From IMG/VR virus record IMGVR_UViG_3300009370_000002: a stretch of 64,000 nucleotides of DNA. The stretch is one strand, 5' to 3'. The translations under genes and the position numbers were made by a program. The notes below the pieces were generated by a model. The model was not told where the DNA came from. It worked only from the letters and a program-made list of their open reading frames with translations, and searched no databases. Below are positions 37,864 to 46,104 of the stretch, piece after piece. Each line of letters starts with the position of its first letter. Positions within the stretch are counted from its first letter, which is position 1. The stretch is from a virus.

Positions 37864-38032
37864 AGTATGCCTCCAAATGATATACCTGTTCCCACTCTAC
37901 GGTACCAGCACTAAACCAATAAACCTTAATAAACTTAATCCACCTTGAGTCAAGCTGGAGTATTATACCGCAACCATGATAAAGCTCGTTATCGTTTCGA
38001 GCACATACCAAATCACCAACTTCAAACTTCAC
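37850..38032 (-). CDS. MKIGDLV-family protein, copy 6
   Basis: Probable GTG start at 38032; KFEVGDLV...GIIL...VYW...LEAYCE. Confidence 0.7.
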   Translation of the reverse strand: MKFEVGDLVCARNDNELYHGCGIILQLDSRWIKFIKVYWFSAGTVEWEQVYHLEAYCENR

Positions 38033-38177
38033 CAACCAATTCCAAGCACTGTTCAAGGACAATGGACTCTCTGCCATCATCCCACTCTACCAATATCCAC
38101 CAAACGCTATGCCTGAAGACTGGCCCTTTAGATATTCCAATACCATCTTTGAACTTTACTCTGGTTCCCACTTTCAT
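38022..38177 (-). CDS. MKIGDLV-family protein, copy 7
   Basis: ATG 38177 with GGAGG SD; MKVGTRVK...VEW...LELV. Confidence 0.7.
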   Translation of the reverse strand: MKVGTRVKFKDGIGISKGPVFRHSVWWILVEWDDGRESIVLEQCLELVGEV

Positions 38178-38226
38178 ATTCTTCCTCCGATAAATTGAAT
38201 ATAACACGTTTAGAGATTCTGTCAAA

Positions 38227-38439
38227 TTAATTTCCAACCAGCACTAACCATTTTTCTGCATATGGTTTTGTTTCATTCGTGGCTGGGAAATGTATATCCC
38301 ACATAACAGCGCCCCTATCATATGTAACCTCAAGTATTTCCCTCCAGCCCAATTGCCTCACGATTATGCCTACTTCATCTGGTTCATATGAGAATACTGC
38401 CACTCTCACCAAATCCCCCAATTTAAACTTCGGCTTCAT
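38227..38439 (-). CDS. MKIGDLV-family protein, copy 8
   Basis: KFKLGDLVR...VGIIV...LVLV. Confidence 0.7.
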   Translation of the reverse strand: MKPKFKLGDLVRVAVFSYEPDEVGIIVRQLGWREILEVTYDRGAVMWDIHFPATNETKPYAEKWLVLVGN

Positions 38440-38578
38440 ATGGCTCTAGATTCAAAACCCACTCACTCTTTGTTGTGCCATCCAACTGCAAAACATACCA
38501 GACTTTTTTGGCAACCTTTCGAATTAAAACCACCGGCTGTCTTTCTATCATTGTCTGTACCAGATCACCTACTTTCAT
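38423..38578 (-). CDS. MKIGDLV-family protein, copy 9 (51 aa, not in the ORF track)
   Basis: Hand translation MKVGDLVQTMIERQPVVLIRKVAKKVWYVLQLDGTTKSEWVLNLEPYEAEV. Confidence 0.75.
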   Translation of the reverse strand: MKVGDLVQTMIERQPVVLIRKVAKKVWYVLQLDGTTKSEWVLNLEPYEAEV

Positions 38579-38729
38579 GCACTACCTCCAAATTGGAAAT
38601 TGGTTCCATATAAATATATTCTTTTCCTGCCCACAATACTTCCACAAGACACTCGCTTATTACCCCAACAACCAACCCAAAAGCTATATGGCTATCTGAG
38701 GCAAAGCGAACCAAATCACCGACCTTCAT
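38565..38729 (-). CDS. MKIGDLV-family protein, copy 10 (54 aa, not in the ORF track)
   Basis: Hand translation MKVGDLVRFASDSHIAFGLVVGVISECLVEVLWAGKEYIYMEPISNLEVVHESR. Confidence 0.75.
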   Translation of the reverse strand: MKVGDLVRFASDSHIAFGLVVGVISECLVEVLWAGKEYIYMEPISNLEVVHESR

Positions 38730-38883
38730 TGATTACCTTTAAGTATTTTTTTTCTTCAAACTCTGTTTGTGGCTTGTCACCAGGCTTCCATTTAACAACG
38801 ACGATTTCGCCCATCAAGTGTACAATTTCGCCTGTTCCAAGGGCGGGTCTCCATTTCCTTATAACTTTATCTCCGATTTTCAT
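38716..38883 (-). CDS. MKIGDLV-family protein, copy 11 (55 aa, not in the ORF track)
   Basis: Hand translation MKIGDKVIRKWRPALGTGEIVHLMGEIVVVKWKPGDKPQTEFEEKKYLKVINEGR. Confidence 0.75.
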   Translation of the reverse strand: MKIGDKVIRKWRPALGTGEIVHLMGEIVVVKWKPGDKPQTEFEEKKYLKVINEGR

Positions 38884-39064
38884 TTACCACCTCCAAATCT
38901 TCTATTCTAACGTTTTGAATTGCGTTATAGTCTATCCAATGCACTGTGGCATATTTTTTGTCTATTATTGCGATAACTGTCCCGTATCCATACATTAACT
39001 CTGGTGCCTTGTATGGGCTGGCGTCTATTACCAATGAGCCAACTTTTATGGTGTCTTCTTTCAT
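38867..39064 (-). CDS. MKIGDLV-family protein, copy 12
   Basis: IKVGSLV...GTVI...VHW...LEVVNE. Confidence 0.7.
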   Translation of the reverse strand: MKEDTIKVGSLVIDASPYKAPELMYGYGTVIAIIDKKYATVHWIDYNAIQNVRIEDLEVVNENRR

Positions 39065-39090
39065 ATAACATAGTATGAAATGAATGTCAA
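39062..39090 (-). promoter_or_regulatory. Possible sigma70-type promoter at the head of the small-ORF array
   Basis: Perfect TTGACA, 17-nt spacer ending TGT, imperfect -10 TATATG that overlaps the annotated ATG. Confidence 0.45.
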
Positions 39091-39091
39091 A

Positions 39092-39250
39092 TTATTTTGA
39101 TTGATTTAAATAATTATTAAAGCAAACATAAGTAAACACACCACTCAAGGCACACCAAAACCAACTTGAAGTTGCAAATGCAAACCAAAAAAAATAAAAG
39201 TTAAGTACGGCACAAAACAAACTTACCCATTTACTGTTTAAAAAATTCAT
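39092..39250 (-). CDS. 52-aa aromatic-rich two-TM membrane protein (not in the ORF track)
   Basis: Hand translation MNFLNSKWVSLFCAVLNFYFFWFAFATSSWFWCALSGVFTYVCFNNYLNQSK; AGGAG SD; ATGA overlap with the resolvase stop. Confidence 0.7.
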   Translation of the reverse strand: MNFLNSKWVSLFCAVLNFYFFWFAFATSSWFWCALSGVFTYVCFNNYLNQSK

Positions 39251-39780
39251 CTCGACTCCTTTTCAATAAGTAGTCCTGCTCTGGCAATAACAACAGAATC
39301 TGCCATATCATCGGTTCCAGGCTTGGGGTTTCCATATCTTGTATACTCAACAACAAAATCTTTTGGATACTGATTCTGCGCCCATTCAATGACTTTGAGC
39401 TTTGTATTTTCACCCCTCTTTATTTTCAAACCAACTAACCCACGGGCTTTGTTTGCCGCTATCAATGTTGCCGAAGTTCCATACAGGTTTCGTACCATCC
39501 ACGATACCATACCATTAAAACGCTGGAGTTTTGCCATTGTCATTGCAGTTGTCTTCCCTCCAGAAAACATTATGAATGGTGCCTCAATATATATTTCTTT
39601 TATATAATATTTGTTATAATTAATTTGCAAATATCTCTCTAATTCAAAACATCTATCTTCTAATGTGCCTTTAGAGTTTAGTTTAATTACTTGACAATCA
39701 AGTAAGTCTGCGTTAGAATTCAGTATGGTTATGCCAACCTTGCTTGTACTAACATCCAAGCCTAAAATAGTTTCTTTCAT
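39247..39780 (-). CDS. RuvC-like Holliday junction resolvase
   Basis: ILGLDVSTS, IYIEAP, DDMADSVVIA acidic catalytic motifs of the RNase H-fold RuvC family. Confidence 0.85.
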   Translation of the reverse strand: MKETILGLDVSTSKVGITILNSNADLLDCQVIKLNSKGTLEDRCFELERYLQINYNKYYIKEIYIEAPFIMFSGGKTTAMTMAKLQRFNGMVSWMVRNLYGTSATLIAANKARGLVGLKIKRGENTKLKVIEWAQNQYPKDFVVEYTRYGNPKPGTDDMADSVVIARAGLLIEKESR

Positions 39781-39787
39781 AACTTAC

Positions 39788-39816
39788 ATTATAACATATT
39801 TTTTGTGGATTGTCAA
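39788..39816 (-). promoter_or_regulatory. Consensus sigma70 promoter with extended -10
   Basis: TTGACA-N17(ending TGT)-TATAAT, perfect consensus; ATG follows after 7 nt. Confidence 0.9.
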
Positions 39817-39819
39817 ATA

Positions 39820-40422
39820 TTATTTCAAACTTGCTCTTTGAAAATTGCTTAACCCTTTCTGTAGTTCTGGGTTTGTTTGTTGTGCGTAGTCTAAAGCGCC
39901 GGATGCCTTATCGAGTGCTTGCTGGCCGGTGAAGTTGCCTTCTATGCTACTGTTGTTTGGCGCTTTGACTTTCAAGGTGGCATGTGCATCTGCTCCGGAA
40001 ACCTTCGAGAGAACAAAAAGATACTCCAAACCATTATCGCACCGAATATCAATAGAGAGTTCTTTGCCTGTGACTTGTTGCGTTTTCATCGCAACCTCTT
40101 CCAAGCTCATCTTGCACTCTTCTGTTGTCATTTCCATCATCGAAGTTTGAATCTCTTCGCCGGCATCTGACATCTGTGTGGATTTTGCTGCTGTCATTGC
40201 TTTGTGTACGTCACCCTTTTGGATTTGAGTATTTACGATTTGGTTTTCAACATTCCAATTTTCAACTGCTGCTTTGGCTACATTTGGAGCAAATCCAGTT
40301 TTGGCGATAAGAAGCCCAACGATGAGTTCCTTCAAAGTGATTTCATCCAATTGTTTCTTTTCTTTTGCGTCTTGTATCTCTTCGTTAATAATTCGCTTCA
40401 AATCTTCGCTAGTAATGTTCAT
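39820..40422 (-). CDS. Hypothetical protein with shared leader (MNITSEDLKRIINEEIQ)
   Basis: Start at ATG 40422, AAGGA SD; ACTATTTA motif at 40443..40450. Confidence 0.7.
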   Translation of the reverse strand: MNITSEDLKRIINEEIQDAKEKKQLDEITLKELIVGLLIAKTGFAPNVAKAAVENWNVENQIVNTQIQKGDVHKAMTAAKSTQMSDAGEEIQTSMMEMTTEECKMSLEEVAMKTQQVTGKELSIDIRCDNGLEYLFVLSKVSGADAHATLKVKAPNNSSIEGNFTGQQALDKASGALDYAQQTNPELQKGLSNFQRASLK

Positions 40423-40442
40423 TTTCAAATTCCTTTTGACAT

Positions 40443-40450
40443 TAAATAGT
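40443..40450 (-). promoter_or_regulatory. Candidate late promoter motif ACTATTTA
   Basis: Exact 8-mer immediately after the upstream stop, about 21 nt before ATG 40422. Confidence 0.55.
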
Positions 40451-41698
40451 TTAAAGCAAGTCATACTTCAACTTAAACGTCAAGTCTTTGTCTTCTTCTT
40501 TTCGATAAGGGCGAGCAGTTTCAGCTACCATAATCAAATTGTCATGCTTATCATATATGCCTATCTTTGTGATATATGTAGTCTTCGCAAATGTAGCATC
40601 ATGCCCAACATACGAAGAAGACACCACATTCTTAATTGGAGACTCAAATTCATGATAATGCATAGATGAAGTTTGAACGCTGTTATAATCGGTTGCCGTT
40701 TGATCCAAAAAGGTTGGACTATTTGACCAATTATACTCACCCTTTTCAGCGGAACAGATAAGCGTCATTGTATTTTTATACGAAATGCCTTTGAAATTCA
40801 TTGAGAAACTAGCAGACGCCAAGGTAGCATGATGTGTTATGCCATCGTTTGCACCGGCTCCGAACCATCGCCATGACGCTGAGGCGGCTGATGAAGCATC
40901 ATATATTATTGAATTTCCACTGTCTAACGCAGGAGAAATAAAGTGATTTGCTGTGAATGCGTTACCTGCTGTGGAGGACGAAGGAAACACAAATACACCT
41001 TCATCGTAATAAACCAACCCAATAACTGAGCCTGAGTTCGAGCCATAATTCTGGATGAGTTCTCCATTTTTCCTATCATCAATTGCTGATGCTATTAGTG
41101 TTCCTGTGATGAAGTACTTAAGAGTGACGGAGCCCTTATTTATAGACGAGCCATAAAATATCGATGGAACATTAATCATATTCAAAGAGTCACTTAACAC
41201 CTCATCTTGAAGCAAGAACCTCTTACTGTGAACTGAATATTTTTGCTTTCCAACATTATAAAGAGATCTTGCCCTTTTGTTCTCAATATGCGTTGTGTTA
41301 TTTCCAAATGTATGAGTCGATGCAGTAGAATAAATTCTTGTAATGCTAGCGGACAAAGGATAGCTTCCTGTCACAATGGTGCTGAAGTGAGTCTTCTCTT
41401 GTCCATACGGAGGAATATAAGAGAAGGAATTAAGATTGCTTCTTAAGTCCAGGTTAAAGCCTCTCTGAACAAACGGATATGCCAAGTTTGCTTTTTGACT
41501 TGGATCTCTATTGATGTTTAATTCATAGAGACTTACATACCCTTTTGGAACATTCTTATATGTTGCATCTTTGGAGCCAGATATGTTAGGAGTTCCATCC
41601 AAGTATACTTCAGAGTTATAAATGAAGAAGTCCAGTTCTGGGTGCATCTTCAATCGATTAATGAAAATACCGTCATTTCCAAAAAGCTTTTTAGGCAT
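40451..41698 (-). CDS. Putative baseplate/tail structural protein
   Basis: C-terminal YITKIGIYDKHDNLIMVAETARP motif reminiscent of tail-collar/baseplate domains; paralogue of the next gene. Confidence 0.55.
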   Translation of the reverse strand: MPKKLFGNDGIFINRLKMHPELDFFIYNSEVYLDGTPNISGSKDATYKNVPKGYVSLYELNINRDPSQKANLAYPFVQRGFNLDLRSNLNSFSYIPPYGQEKTHFSTIVTGSYPLSASITRIYSTASTHTFGNNTTHIENKRARSLYNVGKQKYSVHSKRFLLQDEVLSDSLNMINVPSIFYGSSINKGSVTLKYFITGTLIASAIDDRKNGELIQNYGSNSGSVIGLVYYDEGVFVFPSSSTAGNAFTANHFISPALDSGNSIIYDASSAASASWRWFGAGANDGITHHATLASASFSMNFKGISYKNTMTLICSAEKGEYNWSNSPTFLDQTATDYNSVQTSSMHYHEFESPIKNVVSSSYVGHDATFAKTTYITKIGIYDKHDNLIMVAETARPYRKEEDKDLTFKLKYDLL

Positions 41699-42831
41699 TA
41701 GTAGTCTAGTCTTGCCCGTAGGGTGTATTCGATTGTGGGATCTTTCCTGAGAGGCTCTGAGAGCTTCCCAACTGCCAAGAGGGTATCATTATCATCATAA
41801 AGCCCAATGCTTGTAATATATGATATTGGAGTATCTGTTGCATCGACTTTAACCACTATCGAGCTTTGATTTAGATATGTTGGGTTCGAAGAATAATTCA
41901 TATCACTGTGTTTGAGGCGACAGAAATAAATTGTAGAGTTCAACTCAACGGTATTATTGAAGCTCAAATCGAACATTCTGTTTCTCAGGCCATTTGCTGA
42001 GGCCGAGATTGATGAACTAGCCAAAAGGTGATTCATTGTTTTGGTGCCATCCAAAATTGATGCACCGACAGTATCAATAAGAATTCCACCTGCCGATGCT
42101 GTGGTGAATACTGATGCAGTGATTACGGCTACCCCGGCTTGATAAAATATCAACCCTGCTTTCTGCCCTCCCGCAAGTGTACCAGCATCTGTTGTAAGTA
42201 AGTCGGCAGGCGATGAAGTACTCCCTGTGGCAGCAGTGGTATCGGCAATAAGAAGCCCATATTCACCTACGGGTGAATTAATTTTATAATTGGTATCTGC
42301 GCTGACATCTGAAAGTTTTATTCGATGATAGTGTGCGCCACCATCATAAACCAGAGAAGATGAAACTCCTAACTCTAGATTAAAAGAGCCTTTCTTGATT
42401 TCATCTTTCATCAAAAGACGAGAAAAGGTAATAAAGATACACTCTTTCATTTTGTCAGTTGTTGTTCCTATTAAGTCGCCATCACTATCAAAAAGCTTAA
42501 TTGAACCAGTGTTATCATATCCATATAATACCTGTGCCATTTGATTATAGATGTTTATCTTTTTTGAATTTTGCGTGTTCGCTGAATTGCTTAAGTTTGA
42601 AGAAGCTGCATACCCAAACGTGATATCAAATATATGATTTGCAGATGAGCTTAAATATGGATAATCATAAACAGACTGAAACATTCCATGAGAATAATCC
42701 TTAATATTGTTGTCTGAATAAGTACCTGATACGATAGTTCCAGTTATTGGAATCGCTTCATGTAAAAGTGTTTTTGTGCTAATTTTATCGTCTTCTTCGC
42801 TTATTGGTATGCTTGTGTTATTTTCCGCCAT
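41698..42831 (-). CDS. Putative baseplate/tail structural protein
   Basis: C-terminal NYSSNPTY...YITSIGLYDDNDTLLAVGKLSEP. Confidence 0.55.
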   Translation of the reverse strand: MAENNTSIPISEEDDKISTKTLLHEAIPITGTIVSGTYSDNNIKDYSHGMFQSVYDYPYLSSSANHIFDITFGYAASSNLSNSANTQNSKKINIYNQMAQVLYGYDNTGSIKLFDSDGDLIGTTTDKMKECIFITFSRLLMKDEIKKGSFNLELGVSSSLVYDGGAHYHRIKLSDVSADTNYKINSPVGEYGLLIADTTAATGSTSSPADLLTTDAGTLAGGQKAGLIFYQAGVAVITASVFTTASAGGILIDTVGASILDGTKTMNHLLASSSISASANGLRNRMFDLSFNNTVELNSTIYFCRLKHSDMNYSSNPTYLNQSSIVVKVDATDTPISYITSIGLYDDNDTLLAVGKLSEPLRKDPTIEYTLRARLDY

Positions 42832-42853
42832 GATTGTTTACTCCGTTATTTTA

Positions 42854-43822
42854 TCAACTGCCGACATTCTTTACATATCGTATTGGTATCTCTAAAGTAT
42901 ACCCTGTGTCTACACTTGTAACTTTTACCAATGTATCAATGTAGTTCACATTATTCGTTCCCGTAGTTCCGCTTCGCCTCATCATACTGGTTGTTCCTCC
43001 GAACTTTGTAAAATAAAAATCAGAGTTCTTAAGGTGGGTGGATGGTATTACTTGAAACCTTAGCGAATTGAATCGGAATCCTGCTATAACATGCTCCCCT
43101 CCAGATGTTTGAGCGTTGAAAACCGGATGAAGATAATCTGATGGCGCATCTATAATGTAAGATGCTATCATATCATCATCCCTATATGTGTGTGTTAGCG
43201 GAGTTCCGCGCCATGCGATTGAACCTAGTCTACTGTCCATTTCTATAATATACGTATCCATATCCGATGCACCACCATCAGGGGGAACATCAAGGCCAAC
43301 TGCGCTATTATCATATCCGGTTTCAATATATATGGTTGTGCCTTTATCGCTACTGTTTCCATCGAAAATAAAGCCTGTAATTGCATCGCCGTTGGTATCA
43401 TATCCAACTGAATCGACGTTAGTATTATAATTCCCAACGCCTGCTGTCTCGTCATTCACCGCAACCATAAACGAGCCGCTAGAATGCATAGCGGTTCTAC
43501 CAGTGCTATCCAAGCCGGTGCCGGTATAAATTTGATTAAGCTTTGCAACAGGCAAGTATAACAAATCTTGAGAGTCATACGTCACCAACAACGAACTCAT
43601 ATTTGAAGAATTGTTGGTAAATGATTCAAATATAGGAGTCTGCAAAATTTGCAAGTCTTGATATGCAGAGCCAGTATTTGAATCAAAAAGTCCATAATTA
43701 ATTTCATCGTCAGCACACTTAAAGTGGGTTATCGTAAAACTTCCTTCAGAAAGAAGTTTCCTACCCTCGTCTGTCAATACTACATCAAATATAATATCTC
43801 CACTATTATCTTGAAAACCCAT
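42854..43822 (-). CDS. Putative virion structural protein
   Basis: N-terminal DVVLTDEGRKLLSEG...F...DDEINY, paralogous to the N-terminus of 49444..50469. Confidence 0.55.
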   Translation of the reverse strand: MGFQDNSGDIIFDVVLTDEGRKLLSEGSFTITHFKCADDEINYGLFDSNTGSAYQDLQILQTPIFESFTNNSSNMSSLLVTYDSQDLLYLPVAKLNQIYTGTGLDSTGRTAMHSSGSFMVAVNDETAGVGNYNTNVDSVGYDTNGDAITGFIFDGNSSDKGTTIYIETGYDNSAVGLDVPPDGGASDMDTYIIEMDSRLGSIAWRGTPLTHTYRDDDMIASYIIDAPSDYLHPVFNAQTSGGEHVIAGFRFNSLRFQVIPSTHLKNSDFYFTKFGGTTSMMRRSGTTGTNNVNYIDTLVKVTSVDTGYTLEIPIRYVKNVGS

Positions 43823-43860
43823 AAATTTACTCCTATTTGATTATAATTATCACAAAATAA

Positions 43861-46104
43861 TTAATTTTCTGGTTTTTGTTGGTAATTAAAAATTAAATTA
43901 AAATCAACTTTTTTTCCAGTGCTTTTTGATTCTAGTCTTAATTTTATAAAGTCCTTACTAAGCTTATTATAATTCCACACACTATCTTCCAATCCCTTAT
44001 CGCCCAAAACTATATTATTATTCACTGCTGTTATTGCATCATTGCCGCTTGAATCGTAAGAATTCATGGTTAGATGTCTTTCATTAAAAGATATTTTCAT
44101 ATATTTCCTAAATGATACGTTAAATGAAAAATCATCAGATTCCGGCATTTCGTACACTTTAGCGTTTAAAATCGTTTCATCAGAATCTTTTATTTTTTCC
44201 ACCTCATAAACAACAGATGGATTCGAAAAATTATCCCGATGTGTTAAGCACCTAAATAAATAGTAATATTTTTTACCATGTTCCAGCATATGATCAATAG
44301 TAGCTGATTTTTTTAATTTTCTAGAAAACCTATCTAGTTCGCCACTGTCAATTACATGATAGAGTTTATCACTAAAATCTTTAATAGTTCTTGGTGGGAC
44401 ATCCATCCTATAAATTTCATACATCCCATATGCAGCAACCGGTGACGTATAAGGGTATTCGGTTTTTGCATAAGTTTGCAATTTACTAATATATTCAGTA
44501 TCCGATTCACTTATCATTTTTAAATGTTTTCTGCCGTGTGGTGTGATATCTGTTGTTGGTGGGATACCTACTGATATTTTTATTTTAAAATCGGCATTTT
44601 TATAATTTGAAAACCTAACTATTGGTTTACCAGGTGGTGGCTCAACCACTGCCAACTCTACCATTCCATTGGTTACTTCAAAAATTCTAACTCTAGGACT
44701 CACCCCCATATCAAAAACAAATCCGTCCGAGCGTTCCACTTTTGGTCGAAAAGAAATATCGTATACAACAGCAGCATAAAATGTTGTCATTATGTATTCA
44801 TAAACAGTGCCATACTGTATTTGTGTATCAATAAATTGAGAAACATTTTCGTTATTAAAAAAATAAAAATTCTGAATTGGTTCCATTCCGCCTCTTTTTC
44901 TTTTTGCAATTTTAAATGCCACTGCTTCGGTTTTACAAAAACTCCTGTCATAAAATAACTCTTTAAAGTTTTTTATATTATCTGCAATATACGTTTGCAT
45001 CTGAGCTTCAAGAATCGCGGTTGAATCTAAAATCCCGAAATCACTAAAACCATCTTTTTCTATCTCAACATTGTCCGGGTCGTACAAAGATAAATTACTA
45101 TTACCTTTTATAAAAAGAGCATAGTTAGTGTTATTTAACCCAAATGGTTTTAATCTCCAAGGATACACACGCACAACAGATTCGCCATCAACCGCATGTG
45201 TACGGTAGTTGTTATTTATAAAATCGCCCCTTAGTGTCTTTAAAAATATATTTGCATAACCAGATTTTTTTATTCTTTCTCCAAAGCCTTTGATAATCGG
45301 GCTAGAAGCGGGAATAGAAACACAATTAAAAAATGGAACATCATATAAGTCTTTAGGATTTGGAGCACGGGACGGTGTATAAGAAAAAAACATATTTTTC
45401 TTATTAGGCCTAAGGGCATCATTATTAATTAACCCATGCTTTGCATAATTGTGAAAATAATTACTTTCATAATTATACCCATTATGCCAATTGAATTTAT
45501 ATATATTTCCATTGCCTTTTTGGTTTGTTGGGTAAGAATTAACCATTGCATACTCCCTCATCTCTATATGACTATCATTATTCAAATAAGTAATTGCACT
45601 CAATTCATTCGGGTATTGTTTTTGGTACCACCCAAACATATAACAAGGAAGGCTTAATTCCGAACTGCCTATGGTTGCATTTTCATAATCTATCATTTGA
45701 AGATTGTAATAAGAATATGAACCACCCCATTTAAATATAGTATTCTTTCTTATTGATTCATCTACATCATCACTAATATCTTTATAATTTATATTAATTC
45801 TTTCATAAGTAAAATCCATTTTACCAGAACTCATGTCAAGGTAAAGTTGCTCTTTCAATCTTTTTGCTGCATCAGTATGGGCTTCAACAACACAATCGCC
45901 CCTTGTTCTTTTTATCGGAAAACCATCTTCATTATACTCGACTGTGGAGCCTACAGCCTCCACATCAAATGCCAGGCCTCCCTCTTCCGTCCCTACTTTT
46001 TCTATTACTCCACCATGAGATGTCATTTTTATGCCAAAAGTATCAAAAAACCCCTCAATAAGGCTAACATTATCTTGTTTTGAATGTACATTCTTAGTAG
46101 TCAT
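43861..46104 (-). CDS. Large hypothetical protein (747 aa), probably virion-associated
   Basis: Long ORF in the structural block; AT-rich. Confidence 0.6.
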   Translation of the reverse strand: MTTKNVHSKQDNVSLIEGFFDTFGIKMTSHGGVIEKVGTEEGGLAFDVEAVGSTVEYNEDGFPIKRTRGDCVVEAHTDAAKRLKEQLYLDMSSGKMDFTYERININYKDISDDVDESIRKNTIFKWGGSYSYYNLQMIDYENATIGSSELSLPCYMFGWYQKQYPNELSAITYLNNDSHIEMREYAMVNSYPTNQKGNGNIYKFNWHNGYNYESNYFHNYAKHGLINNDALRPNKKNMFFSYTPSRAPNPKDLYDVPFFNCVSIPASSPIIKGFGERIKKSGYANIFLKTLRGDFINNNYRTHAVDGESVVRVYPWRLKPFGLNNTNYALFIKGNSNLSLYDPDNVEIEKDGFSDFGILDSTAILEAQMQTYIADNIKNFKELFYDRSFCKTEAVAFKIAKRKRGGMEPIQNFYFFNNENVSQFIDTQIQYGTVYEYIMTTFYAAVVYDISFRPKVERSDGFVFDMGVSPRVRIFEVTNGMVELAVVEPPPGKPIVRFSNYKNADFKIKISVGIPPTTDITPHGRKHLKMISESDTEYISKLQTYAKTEYPYTSPVAAYGMYEIYRMDVPPRTIKDFSDKLYHVIDSGELDRFSRKLKKSATIDHMLEHGKKYYYLFRCLTHRDNFSNPSVVYEVEKIKDSDETILNAKVYEMPESDDFSFNVSFRKYMKISFNERHLTMNSYDSSGNDAITAVNNNIVLGDKGLEDSVWNYNKLSKDFIKLRLESKSTGKKVDFNLIFNYQQKPEN

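Noticed and set aside
36410-39064. CRISPR array or integron attC array
   Set aside because: The repeats are degenerate, protein-coding and non-palindromic, the spacers are ORFs of variable length, and no cas or integrase gene is in the window.
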